A stretch of DNA of 64,000 nt from NCBI GenBank assembly GCA_013387205.1, contig WARV01000008.1:64136-128135 (forward strand), given 5' to 3'. Positions 9,289 through 19,777 of this stretch are shown here, in pieces; within the stretch, counting starts at the first letter, position 1, and each line of letters begins with the position of its first letter. A program made the position numbers and the translations under genes. The DNA comes from Patescibacteria group bacterium (GTDB lineage: Bacteria > Patescibacteriota > Doudnabacteria > UBA920). The notes under the pieces are model-generated. The model was not told the DNA's origin. It was given only the letters and a program-made list of their open reading frames with translations, and searched no databases.

Positions 9289-10290
9289 ATGAACACAAAG
9301 AAATTTAAAAACAACAAGCAAGACATGATTAAAGCGGCAAAAATAATTAAAGCCGGAGGGCTTGTTGCGTTCCCAACGGAAACGGTTTACGGGCTCGGTG
9401 CCAATGCCTTGGATAAAAAAGCGGTCGCTAAGATTTTTAAGGCGAAAAGGCGCCCAAAATGGGACCCGATTATTTCCCATGTGGATTCGCTTGAAATGAT
9501 AGAATCTTTGGTCGGGAATCTTCCTGAGGATTTTTGGATTGTTTATACAAATTTCATGCCGGGACCGATAACCGTTTTGCTCGAAAAATCCAAAATTGTA
9601 CCCGATATTTTGACAGCCGGGAGTGAAAAAGTCTCTATTAGGATGCCAAGCGATAAAATTGCCAGGCGGCTTATTAAATTAAGTGGCGTGCCGATTGCCG
9701 CACCTAGCGCAAACTTATTTGGCAAAACCAGTCCGACAGACGCTAAGCACGTATTGTCAGATTTATCAGGAAAAATTGATGCGATAATCGATGGCGGACA
9801 AACAAAAGTCGGCGTGGAATCGACCGTATTGGATTTAACTGGCAAGGTGCCTGTAATTTTAAGGCCGGGAGGCATTACGAAAGAAGAATTGGAAAAAGTT
9901 TTGGGTAAAGTAAAGATTGCCAGCAAATCGATCGTGAAACCCAAAACCAACATGGCTTCGCCGGGTATGCATTTTAGGCATTATGCTCCAAAAGCGAAAT
10001 TGATTTTAACCAAAGGTGACCCCGAAAGCCTTAAAAGGGAAATTTCACTTTATCAAAAACAAGGAAAGCGGGTAGGGGTCATGCTGCCTAAAAACTGGAA
10101 AATTAAAACAGGTGCTGCCGCAAACTATAATTGGGGAAATTGGGATAATTTAAGACAATTGGCGCAAAATGTTTATAGAGGCTTAAGGTTTCTTGATGAC
10201 CAGGGCGTAGATATTATCATTTGCCCAAAACCAGAAGCTGAAAGTTTGGGCTTTGCGATAAACGACAGGCTTGAAAGGGCTTCCAAGTGA
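9289..10290 (+). CDS. sua5: L-threonylcarbamoyladenylate synthase (Sua5 type)
   Basis: VAFPTETVYGLGA, APSAN, PGMHFRHYAP and SUA5 C-terminal domain. Confidence 0.9.
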   Translation: MNTKKFKNNKQDMIKAAKIIKAGGLVAFPTETVYGLGANALDKKAVAKIFKAKRRPKWDPIISHVDSLEMIESLVGNLPEDFWIVYTNFMPGPITVLLEKSKIVPDILTAGSEKVSIRMPSDKIARRLIKLSGVPIAAPSANLFGKTSPTDAKHVLSDLSGKIDAIIDGGQTKVGVESTVLDLTGKVPVILRPGGITKEELEKVLGKVKIASKSIVKPKTNMASPGMHFRHYAPKAKLILTKGDPESLKREISLYQKQGKRVGVMLPKNWKIKTGAAANYNWGNWDNLRQLAQNVYRGLRFLDDQGVDIIICPKPEAESLGFAINDRLERASK

Positions 10291-10398
10291 AACAAAAATT
10301 TCGGCAAACCTTTCAGCCATGGCTGTATAAACGTTTCCTATACTGACATGGAATCTTTGTATAATTGGACGGATGAGGGTATGAGATTGGAAATACGC

Positions 10399-10530
10399 TA
10401 ATATGTGATACCAATTTACGAATACATGCTAATGATACTAATAAATACGAATATTATCTAAGGGTAATCTTCTATAAGTATTAGTATTATTGGTATCATT
10501 AGTATTCAAAATTAGTATATTAGTATCATA
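10399..10530. repeat. Periodic-arm palindrome, family A
   Basis: CTAATGATACTAATAAATAC...GTATTAGTATTATTGGTATCATTAG. Confidence 0.75.
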
Positions 10531-10539
10531 TTTTGGGTA

Positions 10540-10568
10540 TTGCCAATACCTTCAAATTTTACTATAAT
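10540..10568 (+). promoter_or_regulatory. Sigma70 promoter for secDF
   Basis: TTGCCA-17nt-TATAAT. Confidence 0.7.
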
Positions 10569-10601
10569 GGATAAGACTTATTAACTAACAATTAGGCATA
10601 A

Positions 10602-12122
10602 ATGAAACCGAAAATTAAGCTCCTCCTCTCATTTTTAGGCATTTTAGTGTTAGCCGCCTCAGCTGTATGGATAGCTTTACCGCAAGGCAGCAAAATCGAC
10701 TTAAATAAACTCAAAATAAAATATTCCCAAAGCTTTAGAATCCATTTAGGATTGGACCTTCAGGGCGGATCGCACTTGGTTTACCAGGCTGATTTTAAGG
10801 ATATTAAAGACAGCGATAAAGCTGACGCTCTAAACGCTATCCGTGATACGGTTGAGCGCAGGGTTAACAGCTTTGGAGTCAGCGAACCCCTGGTGCAAGT
10901 TACAGGGACTGACCGTATTATCGTTGAATTGCCTGGCATTAAGGACGTCAACGAAGCCATTAACCAAATAGGCCAGACTCCGTTTTTGGAATTCAGGACA
11001 CAGAACCCGAACCCGCCAGAACTTAAGCCTAATAACAAGGGCGAAGTTGTCATTGACCCGAATTCCCAATGGATTCCAACCGGCTTGTCCGGCAAACAGC
11101 TCAAGAAAGCCAGTGTGGATTTTCAGCAGGGAAAGGGACTTAACAACGAAATAGTGGTCAGGCTGGAATTTAACGACGAAGGAAAAAAATTATTCTCTGA
11201 TATCACGACAGCAAATGTGGGCAAGCAGGTTGCCATCTTTTTGGACGGACAAATTTTGAGCGCTCCGGTCGTGCAAAATCCGATTACTGACGGCACTGCG
11301 ATAATTACCGGAAACTTTACGACCCAGCAGGCCAAAGATTTGGCCACCAGACTCAACAGTGGAGCCCTTCCGGTTCCTATAAAGTTGATTTCGCAGCAGA
11401 ACGTTGGCGCCACGCTAGGAAAAGAATCTGTCCAGAAATCCATCATAGCGGGACTTATTGGTCTTATCATGATTGCCTTGTTCATGATTATGTATTACCG
11501 TTTCCCGGGTTTTTTGGCAGTTATCGCTTTGCTAATTTACGCCGTGGTTTCTTTGGCAGTATTTAAAATCGGCATTTCGTTTACCGCAGTTTTGCTTGTG
11601 GGATTTTTCTTCTTCCTTGGACTTACTGTGAATTTTTGGTTTGGCATTTTGGCGCTCTTGAGTTATATCTTATTGATGTTCCTGAAAGGATTATCTCCGG
11701 TTACTCTAACCTTGGCAGGCATCGCTGGTTTCATTTTGTCCATCGGTATGGCAGTTGACGCCAACATTCTTATTTTCGAGCGCGTAAAAGAAGAAATAAG
11801 GGCAGGCAAAGAAATCCACAAAGCCGTTGATGACGGTTTTGCCAGAGCCTGGCTGTCCATCCGTGATTCAAACGTTTCCAGCTTAATTACTACCGCCATC
11901 CTTTATATTTTCGGCAGCCCGTCCATTAAAGGTTTTGCAGTTACGCTGGGGATTGGTATTTTAATCTCCATGTTTACGGCCATAACCGTCACCAGGACTT
12001 TCCTGAGGCTGTTTGTTGGCAATAACATTATGACCCATCCGTGGCTGTTTGGAGTAAGCAAGTTAAAACCAGAAAAGAAAGATGCTCCGAATACGAATCA
12101 AGAACCTGTAACAACAATATAA
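10602..12122 (+). CDS. secD: Protein translocase subunit SecD
   Basis: LGLDLQGG, GVSEP and GMAVDANILIFER motifs. Confidence 0.95.
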   Translation: MKPKIKLLLSFLGILVLAASAVWIALPQGSKIDLNKLKIKYSQSFRIHLGLDLQGGSHLVYQADFKDIKDSDKADALNAIRDTVERRVNSFGVSEPLVQVTGTDRIIVELPGIKDVNEAINQIGQTPFLEFRTQNPNPPELKPNNKGEVVIDPNSQWIPTGLSGKQLKKASVDFQQGKGLNNEIVVRLEFNDEGKKLFSDITTANVGKQVAIFLDGQILSAPVVQNPITDGTAIITGNFTTQQAKDLATRLNSGALPVPIKLISQQNVGATLGKESVQKSIIAGLIGLIMIALFMIMYYRFPGFLAVIALLIYAVVSLAVFKIGISFTAVLLVGFFFFLGLTVNFWFGILALLSYILLMFLKGLSPVTLTLAGIAGFILSIGMAVDANILIFERVKEEIRAGKEIHKAVDDGFARAWLSIRDSNVSSLITTAILYIFGSPSIKGFAVTLGIGILISMFTAITVTRTFLRLFVGNNIMTHPWLFGVSKLKPEKKDAPNTNQEPVTTI

Positions 12123-12256
12123 ATTAACCTAGTTATTCTAATTAACCTAGTTGACCTAAATAAATCCCAATAACCAAAGAAATCAAGTTTTGGCTTTAGA
12201 AATTAGGCATTAGACATTATTTAGAATAATTAGAACAATTAGGTCAATTAGAAATT
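12122..12256. repeat. Periodic-arm palindrome, family B (AATTRACCT units)
   Basis: Fills the secD-secF junction; arms related to 24048 and 39307. Confidence 0.8.
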
Positions 12257-12264
12257 TAAATACT

Positions 12265-13158
12265 ATGTTCCAAACATTAAAATATTACAAACTATGGTTC
12301 GCGGTTTCCGGGATTATCTTGCTTTTCGGGATTGTTTCACTTTCAGTTTACGGCCTTAAGCTGGGGATAGATTTTAAAGGCGGTACGCTAGCGGAAATCC
12401 AATTCAGCAAGGCTTACGACATAAGCAAAGTCCGTGAATCGGTAAGCCAGTCGGGGATAGGGAACTTCCAGCTGCAAACTGCGGAAAACAACACCATAAT
12501 CATAAAAACCGAAGGATTGGACAAAGAAAAGCATGATTTGATGCTGAATAACATAAAAACCCAAGTAGGAGATTTTAAGGAGATCAGGCTTGATTCCATT
12601 GGTCCGATTGTCGGAAAGGAGCTGAAAAAGAATGCGGTATACCAGTTAGTTATAGTTTCGCTCGGGATTGTGATTTACATTGCGTATGCTTTCAGACGCG
12701 TAGCCAAACCGGTGACATCCTGGAGGTTCGGTTGGTCTGCTGTTATTGCTTTGCTGCATGACTTGCTGTTCGTATTGGGAATTTTTTCCATCCTCGGCCA
12801 TTTCAAAGGCGTTGAAGTGGACAGCTTGTTCGTTACTGCAATGCTCACGGTCTTGGGATTCTCAGTCCACGATACGATTGTGGTTTTTGACAGGATTAGG
12901 GAAAACTTAAAAGTTTACGCGGGTGAAAGCATTGAGTTCGTCGTCAACCATAGCATCAGCCAGACTATAGTCAGGTCTTTAAATACCAGCTTGACCGTGT
13001 TGTTCGTCCTTCTGGCCTTGTTACTGTTCGGCGGAGAAACGATTAGGTATTTTGTTTTTGCCTTATTCATCGGAATTATTGTTGGAACATACTCTTCGAT
13101 ATTCATTGCAAGTCCAGTTTTGGTTTTATGGCAAAATTGGAAAACAAAAAAAGCATAA
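12265..13158 (+). CDS. secF: Protein translocase subunit SecF
   Basis: GIDFKGG and GFSVHDTIVVFDRIREN motifs. Confidence 0.95.
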   Translation: MFQTLKYYKLWFAVSGIILLFGIVSLSVYGLKLGIDFKGGTLAEIQFSKAYDISKVRESVSQSGIGNFQLQTAENNTIIIKTEGLDKEKHDLMLNNIKTQVGDFKEIRLDSIGPIVGKELKKNAVYQLVIVSLGIVIYIAYAFRRVAKPVTSWRFGWSAVIALLHDLLFVLGIFSILGHFKGVEVDSLFVTAMLTVLGFSVHDTIVVFDRIRENLKVYAGESIEFVVNHSISQTIVRSLNTSLTVLFVLLALLLFGGETIRYFVFALFIGIIVGTYSSIFIASPVLVLWQNWKTKKA

Positions 13159-13162
13159 TGTC

Positions 13163-13189
13163 AAAAACCCCCTAAAAAGGGGGTTTTTT
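13163..13189 (+). terminator. Intrinsic terminator
   Basis: AAAAACCCCCT-AAA-AGGGGGTTTTTT. Confidence 0.75.
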
Positions 13190-13196
13190 AGTGTAT

Positions 13197-13225
13197 TTGA
13201 CAAGTATATTGGTTTATGATATACT
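13197..13225 (+). promoter_or_regulatory. Sigma70 promoter with extended -10
   Basis: TTGACA-17nt-TATACT, TG upstream of the -10. Confidence 0.75.
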
Positions 13226-13320
13226 AAGTGAAATTAACGAATTATTAATAATTTGTAACTGAAAGTTTCAGATAATAATTTTCTTCAGTTATCGATTATT
13301 AGTCATTAGTTTCAAATTTT

Positions 13321-14415
13321 ATGGGAATTCTTGATACAATTATCCATACTAAACAAAGCGAATCTCTTACGCAATTCAAGCCTGCTGAAATAGTCAGGGA
13401 AATTTTGGCTAGCTTAAAGGAACGCGACAAACAAATTTTAATGCATAGGTATGGCCTTGAAGGCAAAGAAACCAAAACCTTGGCCGCCATTGGAGCTGAA
13501 CAGAATTTAACCAGGGAACGCGTGCGCCAGATTGAAAAAGATTTGATGAAAAATTTGCGTAAGTCCAGCATAAAACTGGAACCTTTTTCCAAGACAAAAG
13601 AATTTTTGCTCAATATTTTTGCCGAACACGGCAGGATTATTGCCGAGGAAAACTTGCTGTTGTATTTGAATATCAAGGACGAAGAAGAGAAAAATGCGAT
13701 TGTATTTTTGCTGCATTTAATTGAAGAATTGGATAATTTTATCCATGATAACTACAAGAAAAGCTGGGTAACGGTTTTATTCAATGAAAATTTGCTGCAT
13801 ACTTTCACCGGTGAAAGCAAGCAGATTTTGTCTTCCAGTACCAAGCCGCTCCCTTCGGAAGAATTTTTGGCGCATTTCAAGCAGACTGATTTTTACCAGC
13901 AAAACCAGGCTGAATTGAGCGATAAAATCATTTTGAATTTTTTGGAACTGACTGTCCATATTGAAAAGAACGTTTACGGGCATTGGGGATTGTCTAACTG
14001 GAAAGAAATCAACCCGAAAGATGTCGGCGACAAAGCTTATCTGGTCATGAAATACCATGGCAAGCCGGAACACTATTCCGCAATCACCGAAATGATCAAC
14101 AAAGCCAAATTCGACAACAGAACTGCATTTAAAGAAACTGTCCATAACGAATTAATCAAAGATTCCCGTTTTATCCTTATCGGAAGGGGTATATACGCCC
14201 TGTCTGAATGGGGTTACAAGCCGGGCGTGGTCGCGGACGTGATCATTGAAATCTTAAAGCAAGCAGGGCAGCCTTTGACTCGCGACAAAATTATTGAAGA
14301 TGTCTTAAAGAGGCGCATGGTCAAGAAAAATACCATTTTAGTCGGCTTATCAAACAAGAAAATTTTTAAGAAAATCGGAAAGAACCTTTACGCCTTGCAA
14401 GACGGCGTGCAATAA
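13321..14415 (+). CDS. Sigma70 region 4 HTH plus HARE-HTH/RNAP delta-like domain protein
   Basis: RYGL...TLAAIG...LTRERVRQIE; VHNELIKDSRFILIGRGIYALSEWG. Confidence 0.75.
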   Translation: MGILDTIIHTKQSESLTQFKPAEIVREILASLKERDKQILMHRYGLEGKETKTLAAIGAEQNLTRERVRQIEKDLMKNLRKSSIKLEPFSKTKEFLLNIFAEHGRIIAEENLLLYLNIKDEEEKNAIVFLLHLIEELDNFIHDNYKKSWVTVLFNENLLHTFTGESKQILSSSTKPLPSEEFLAHFKQTDFYQQNQAELSDKIILNFLELTVHIEKNVYGHWGLSNWKEINPKDVGDKAYLVMKYHGKPEHYSAITEMINKAKFDNRTAFKETVHNELIKDSRFILIGRGIYALSEWGYKPGVVADVIIEILKQAGQPLTRDKIIEDVLKRRMVKKNTILVGLSNKKIFKKIGKNLYALQDGVQ

Positions 14416-14430
14416 TTTTAAAACAGTCAA

Positions 14431-14486
14431 GAAGTAGTCTTGAAAAGCAGCTTTTCAGGCTAATTCTGAAGGCAAACCCCCTACTT
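14431..14486. mobile_element. Degenerate MITE-like element
   Basis: GAAGTAGTCTTGAAAAGCWGCTTTT shared with 33803. Confidence 0.5.
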
Positions 14487-14506
14487 GATACAAAAATATA
14501 AATTAC

Positions 14507-15823
14507 GTGTTTGAAGGAATTTTTCCTAATTTCATAACCATATTCCAAACATCCGCTCTTTTTTTCGCCAAGGGCGGATGGGTCTTTGTCGTTTGGATGA
14601 TAATCTATATCCTGTATAAGATGTACCGCAAGGAAATTGAGCACCAGTATGTCCACGGCATAGAATGGATTTTTTTCAATATAAAAGTTCCAAAAGATAA
14701 CCTGACCAGCACCCTGGCCGTAGAAAATATTTTTGCCCAGCTGCATTCTTTGCATTCAGGATTGACATTTGCGCAAATTTACGTAGAAGGCAGGGTGCAG
14801 TTGTGGTATAGTTTGGAACTTGTCAGCATGGGAGGAAAAATATCTTTCATAATCAGGCTGCCGAAACAGACTAAGGATTTGGTTCAAGCCTCTTTTTACG
14901 CGCAATACCCGAACGCGGAAATTACAGAGGTGGCCGATTATATGGAGAATATCCAGTTTGATCCGGATACTACGACGGATTTTGACATTTGGGGTACGGA
15001 ATGGAAGCTGGAAGAAAACTTTACTTTGCCTTTAAAGACTTACCGGGATTTTGAACATCCGGCATCCGAAGAAAAAATTATAGACCCGTTGCAGGCGCAC
15101 TTTGAATCTTTAAGCATAATGCAACCTCATGAATTTTATGGCGTGCAGATTATAATCCAGACAATAGCGGACAATGACTGGAAACCGGCTTCTGAACGTA
15201 AAGCTAAAGAGCTGACCGGCGAGGAAATCCCGCATCATAAGAGTTTCGTTGATATTTTGCTTACTCCTTTGGATTGGTTTGCCAGTTTGGGCCATGGCGG
15301 GCATGGGCACGACCATGGACACGATGAAAACAAGCCAAGGAATAACTGGATGAGCATGACTGACGTAGAAAAAGAGCGCGTAACTTTAGTGCAAAGGAAA
15401 ATGGGAAAACCGGGATATAAAACTAAAATCAGGCATTTATATATTGCGCCAAAAGACAAATTCGATCCCGCGAAAAAAGGTATCATTATCGGTTCTTATC
15501 GCTTTTTGGGATCTACCTTGACAAATAAGCTCAGGCCTGACGTTTCAAATACTTGGACCGGGGGCGAATATGTTTTTTCGCCAACTTTAGAAAAACCATA
15601 TTTGGATTATAAAATTAAGAAAAGAAAGCGATTTATTTTCAAAGGCTATAAAAACCGCGATATCCATTTGGGCCTGCCCATGTTCGTCTTAAATACTGAG
15701 GAGCTGGCCACGCTTTACCATTTCCCGATTACCAGCGAACTCAGGCAGATTTTGGCTTCTGTCGAAAAAACGGAAAGCAAAAAGACCCAGCCGCCTACCA
15801 ATTTGCCTATTTCTAATTTTTAA
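14507..15823 (+). CDS. Conserved membrane-anchored protein upstream of a VirD4-like ATPase
   Basis: N-terminal TM; YAQYPNAEI and EELATLYHFP motifs. Confidence 0.75.
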   Translation: MFEGIFPNFITIFQTSALFFAKGGWVFVVWMIIYILYKMYRKEIEHQYVHGIEWIFFNIKVPKDNLTSTLAVENIFAQLHSLHSGLTFAQIYVEGRVQLWYSLELVSMGGKISFIIRLPKQTKDLVQASFYAQYPNAEITEVADYMENIQFDPDTTTDFDIWGTEWKLEENFTLPLKTYRDFEHPASEEKIIDPLQAHFESLSIMQPHEFYGVQIIIQTIADNDWKPASERKAKELTGEEIPHHKSFVDILLTPLDWFASLGHGGHGHDHGHDENKPRNNWMSMTDVEKERVTLVQRKMGKPGYKTKIRHLYIAPKDKFDPAKKGIIIGSYRFLGSTLTNKLRPDVSNTWTGGEYVFSPTLEKPYLDYKIKKRKRFIFKGYKNRDIHLGLPMFVLNTEELATLYHFPITSELRQILASVEKTESKKTQPPTNLPISNF

Positions 15824-15890
15824 TTTTTTGATATTGTTGATGGACGCCTTTGGGGAATCCCCAAGAGGCGTCCATCAAAGGTAAAAATAT

Positions 15891-17918
15891 ATGAGCCAGA
15901 CAGGCAGAGAAGAAATTACCGTGTTTGCCAAAACCAACTTCCGCAATAAGGAGGTGCCTTTTGGCATTAAAACCGACGACCGCAGAAGGCATATGTATTT
16001 AATCGGTAAAACCGGCATGGGCAAAACGACCATGATGGAAAACATGGTCATCCAGGATATCCGCAACGGGCATGGCGTGGCATTTTTGGACCCTCACGGT
16101 GATTCGGTGCAGAGAATCCTAAATTGCGTCCCGAATAACAGGGTAAACGACGTGGTGTATTTCAATCCGGCCGACATGGAATACCCGCTGGCTTTCAATA
16201 TTTTAGAAGCGGTTGACGCCAAATATAAGCACTTGGTGGCTTCCGGCCTTATGGGCGTGTTTACGAAAATTTGGGCCAACTTATGGTCTGCCAGGATGGA
16301 ATATATCTTGAATAACACTATTTTGGCGCTGCTCGACAGTCCAGGCAATACTCTTCTTGGAATTACCAGGATGTACGTAGATAAAAAATACCGCAAAAAA
16401 ATCGTTGATAATATTAAAGACCCGATGGTCAGGGCATTTTGGACCGATGAATTCGCGAACTATAACGAAAAATACCGCACCGAAGCCATTGCGCCAATCC
16501 AAAACAAAGTCGGGCAGTTTTTGTCGTCCGCGATTATCCGCAATATTGTCGGCCAGCCGAAAAGCACTATTGACCTTAGGGAGATAATGGACAAGCAGAA
16601 AATTTTGATCATGGATTTGTCCAAAGGAAAAGTCGGTGAAGACAACTCTGCTTTGCTTGGCGCCATGGTGGTTACCAAATTGCAGCTGGCAGCCATGTCC
16701 CGCACGGACATTCCCGAGCACGAAAGAAAAGATTTCTATTTGTATGTGGACGAGTTCCAGAATTTCGCCACGGAAAGTTTTGCGACAATTTTGTCCGAAG
16801 CCCGCAAATACCGTTTAAACCTGGTTGTCGGGCACCAGTATATGGGCCAGCTTGTACACGAGCGCAATACTAAAGTTAAAGACGCAATTTTGGGCAACGT
16901 CGGCACGATGGTTGTTTATAGGATTGGCGCAGAAGATGCGGAAATCTTGGTCAAGGAATTTGAGCCGGTTTTTGAAGCGATAGATATGGTTAACCTGCCA
17001 AAGTATAATATAATTTTGAAATTGATGATCAATGGCGTGGCGAGCGAGCCTTTTTCAGCCATCACCTTGCCGCCAAGCCCGGATTTCGTGACTGGCAATT
17101 CGGAAAAAGTCATTAAAGTTTCAAGGGAAAGGTATACTAACCCTGTCCACGAAGTAGAAGATAAGATATCACGCTGGATGGGCGCTGAATTCCACCAGGA
17201 ATCCGCCATGCTCATTGGCGAAGCTGCTGAAGAATCTGTTAGCGCACCTAATCAAGAGCCGCAAGTAATAGCGGCTCCTATAAAGCCCGAAAATATCCAA
17301 AAAGCCGAAATTAATCCCGCGCCGGAACAAACAAGCCAGGAAATTGGCAATGTTATCCAGCCGCAGCCGGTAATTTTTGCCAATCCGATTGAAGTGGCGC
17401 CTAAACCTGTAGAAAATAAACAAGAAGCCGTGCAAAGTTCCGCAGCTCCATTAATAGTCCAACAACCGGAAAAAACCGTATCTGAAAATAATTTTCCGGA
17501 AAAAACCAACCCGGTTGTTGCTTACCAGGAAAACCATAATGCCCAACAGAGGGAAACGAGATCGCCGTTATTTAGAAGTGAAAATAGGACGCATAAACCG
17601 CACAAGCCCCATGCAAGCCATGGCCATTCAAGCCATTCTTCCCATTATAAGCCCCACCATAAAACCCCAAGCAACCACCATGTAAAAAAAGAAAACCCGA
17701 TTTGGGATACTGTCGCTAGCCTGCAAAAAGACAAAAGAGACCAGGATAAAAAGATGCTAGGGCGGATTTTTGACTCAAATGATTCCCATAAAACTGTCCA
17801 ATCAAACAGTCAGGCAGTAAACGAACAAGATAGGCAAAATGAGCAATCGCAAAAAAATAACGATAACAACACCGACGGAAAAAAGGTCTTAAATCCCGGC
17901 GAATCGCATAAGTTTTAA
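15891..17918 (+). CDS. VirD4/TraG/HerA-like coupling ATPase with disordered C-terminus
   Basis: Walker A GKTGMGKT, DPHGD, YVDEFQN and SEARKY motifs. Confidence 0.85.
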   Translation: MSQTGREEITVFAKTNFRNKEVPFGIKTDDRRRHMYLIGKTGMGKTTMMENMVIQDIRNGHGVAFLDPHGDSVQRILNCVPNNRVNDVVYFNPADMEYPLAFNILEAVDAKYKHLVASGLMGVFTKIWANLWSARMEYILNNTILALLDSPGNTLLGITRMYVDKKYRKKIVDNIKDPMVRAFWTDEFANYNEKYRTEAIAPIQNKVGQFLSSAIIRNIVGQPKSTIDLREIMDKQKILIMDLSKGKVGEDNSALLGAMVVTKLQLAAMSRTDIPEHERKDFYLYVDEFQNFATESFATILSEARKYRLNLVVGHQYMGQLVHERNTKVKDAILGNVGTMVVYRIGAEDAEILVKEFEPVFEAIDMVNLPKYNIILKLMINGVASEPFSAITLPPSPDFVTGNSEKVIKVSRERYTNPVHEVEDKISRWMGAEFHQESAMLIGEAAEESVSAPNQEPQVIAAPIKPENIQKAEINPAPEQTSQEIGNVIQPQPVIFANPIEVAPKPVENKQEAVQSSAAPLIVQQPEKTVSENNFPEKTNPVVAYQENHNAQQRETRSPLFRSENRTHKPHKPHASHGHSSHSSHYKPHHKTPSNHHVKKENPIWDTVASLQKDKRDQDKKMLGRIFDSNDSHKTVQSNSQAVNEQDRQNEQSQKNNDNNTDGKKVLNPGESHKF

Positions 17919-17931
17919 ATTACAAGGAAAA

Positions 17932-17964
17932 TTAAATGGCTCAACCATCGGTTGAGCCATTTAA
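17932..17964. terminator. Bidirectional hairpin, AATGGCTCA...TGAGCCATT family
   Basis: Perfect stem between convergent genes; related copies at 23454 and 31673. Confidence 0.65.
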
Positions 17965-17974
17965 GATACCTGAT

Positions 17975-18295
17975 TTAGAGATATTTTTTAATTTCAGCTT
18001 CTACTGTGGATTTCGGCGCTGCGCCAATGAGCTCGCCAACCATTTTCCCGTCTTTAAAGAATTTCAGTGTCGGGATGCTCATAATGTTGAACCTTGAAGC
18101 GAGCATGTTGTTTTCATCCACGTTGACTTTCCCGACTTTTAATTTTCCTTCATACTCGGTTGCAAGCTCGTCCACAATCGGCCCTAAAACCTTGCAAGGT
18201 CCGCACCAGACTGCCCAAAAATCCACCATCACCGGAAGAGGGGAATTTAATACTTCAGACTCAAAATTTTGTTCTGTTATTGTTATTTCAGACAT
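17975..18295 (-). CDS. trxA: Thioredoxin
   Basis: WCGPC active site; likely start MSEIT at 18295. Confidence 0.93.
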   Translation of the reverse strand: MSEITITEQNFESEVLNSPLPVMVDFWAVWCGPCKVLGPIVDELATEYEGKLKVGKVNVDENNMLASRFNIMSIPTLKFFKDGKMVGELIGAAPKSTVEAEIKKYL

Positions 18296-18301
18296 TTGTT
18301 T

Positions 18302-18415
18302 ACTCCGATCCGAATACACCCTATTTCCGAACTCTTTTTTTAGTTCATTCGGATAATTCGGCCTTGCCCGCCATGGCTTTAGCGACGGCGGGATGTATTC
18401 GGAGATTAGAATCGC
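18302..18415. repeat. Family C-like palindrome (CCGAAT/ATTCGG) with nested CTTGCCCGCC...GGCGGG element
   Basis: Minus strand reads CCGAATACAT[CCCGCCGTCGCTAAAGCCATGGCGGGCAAGG]CCGAATTATCCGAAT...TTCGGA. Confidence 0.65.
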
Positions 18416-18540
18416 TACTAACCATTTTATCCACAATAAATAGCTTTGTCAATGTGATTAATTGCGATATAATTTTAATAGAATTTCCGTAATAAAAATG
18501 TAAATAAAACCTCAATTAAAAAACGAAAATCAACAGGGGA

Positions 18541-19524
18541 TTGATGGCTAAAATTAAAATATCAAAGAAAAATTGGTGGTGGATTTTAATACCGGCTCTG
18601 GCTTTACAGGCTCAAATTATCGGCTTGTTGTTTTTTGGGCCAGCCACAAGCTTGCAGACCCAAACCAGTGCGAAAAGAGCCGCATCTATCCCGCTCACTC
18701 CTTCCGTTTTAGGTGCGTCAACCATGATAAGGGGTGGCCAAGCCCAGGACAGCCAGCCGGAATACAAAAAAATAAAAGAACTTGATTTTAATGATATCGG
18801 CGCAAAAAGCGTTTTGGCTTTTGATATGGATTCCGGATATGTTTTAGGCGAAAAAAATCCTGACATGAAGATGCCGATAGCCAGTTTAACCAAGCTCATG
18901 ACCGGGCTTGTTTCTTACGAGACTTTGGATTTTGGCGCTTTGGCGGAAATTCCGGACAAAACGCTTATTAATATTGCCCCAGTACTTCATTTACAGGCAA
19001 GTGATAAGGTGTTAATTTGGGATTTGTTTAATTCCATGATAATCGGGTCGAATAATGACTCGGCTCAGGTACTGTCCATACTGGCAAAACAGGCAACGGG
19101 AAAAGATTTTATCGATTTAATGAATGAAAAAGCCGCGTTTTTAAACATGGAAAATACCAAATTCAGCAATCCGCTTGGTTTTGATAGCGGCTTAAATTAT
19201 TCCACGGCCAATGATTTGAAAATTTTAGTTTTGCAAACCCAAAAACTGGCAGCATTTGCGAATTTAGGGAAAAAAACAGATTACAGTTTTTCTTCGCAAT
19301 CCGGCAGAATTTATAAAACCTCGGCAACAAATAAGCTAATTACGAGATATCCGGAAATCGAAGCTGTTAAAACCGGTTTTACGGAAACAGCCCAGGGAGC
19401 AATGATAAGCAAACTCAACATAAACGGGCATAAGATTATTTTAGAAATTTTAGGAAGCCCTAACCGTGAAAAAGATACTTTGGAGCTGGAAAGGCAGATT
19501 ATTGAAAGTTTCGGGTTAAGATGA
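18541..19524 (+). CDS. D-alanyl-D-alanine carboxypeptidase (peptidase S11)
   Basis: SxxK (SLTK), SNN and KTG motifs. Confidence 0.88.
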   Translation: MMAKIKISKKNWWWILIPALALQAQIIGLLFFGPATSLQTQTSAKRAASIPLTPSVLGASTMIRGGQAQDSQPEYKKIKELDFNDIGAKSVLAFDMDSGYVLGEKNPDMKMPIASLTKLMTGLVSYETLDFGALAEIPDKTLINIAPVLHLQASDKVLIWDLFNSMIIGSNNDSAQVLSILAKQATGKDFIDLMNEKAAFLNMENTKFSNPLGFDSGLNYSTANDLKILVLQTQKLAAFANLGKKTDYSFSSQSGRIYKTSATNKLITRYPEIEAVKTGFTETAQGAMISKLNINGHKIILEILGSPNREKDTLELERQIIESFGLR

Positions 19525-19586
19525 CATCTAAAATCTTACCCGCATTTGTCCTAATAACAGCAAAATGGTATAATTAAGTAAATTAT

Positions 19587-19753
19587 TTAGAGCTGGTCTC
19601 AAAACCTCATTTTGGCTGCAATTTCAGAATTTTGGCATCTTGTCAGAAAAAATTTCTCGACTTAGCTTTAGCTAAACCTTAAAATTTATTTCTGCCAATC
19701 TGCTCGAAATTCTGAAATTTCGCCTGAAAACCACGTTATGAGACCAGCTCTAA
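19587..19753. mobile_element. MITE with 19-nt terminal inverted repeats
   Basis: TTAGAGCTGGTCTCAAAAC ... GTTATGAGACCAGCTCTAA (18/19 match); internal palindrome; no ORF. Confidence 0.7.
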
Positions 19754-19777
19754 CAAGAACCTGGTACAAATACTGCT

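Noticed and set aside
18296-18436. 47-aa extension of thioredoxin
   Set aside because: It is translated repeat sequence; the canonical-length protein starts at 18295.
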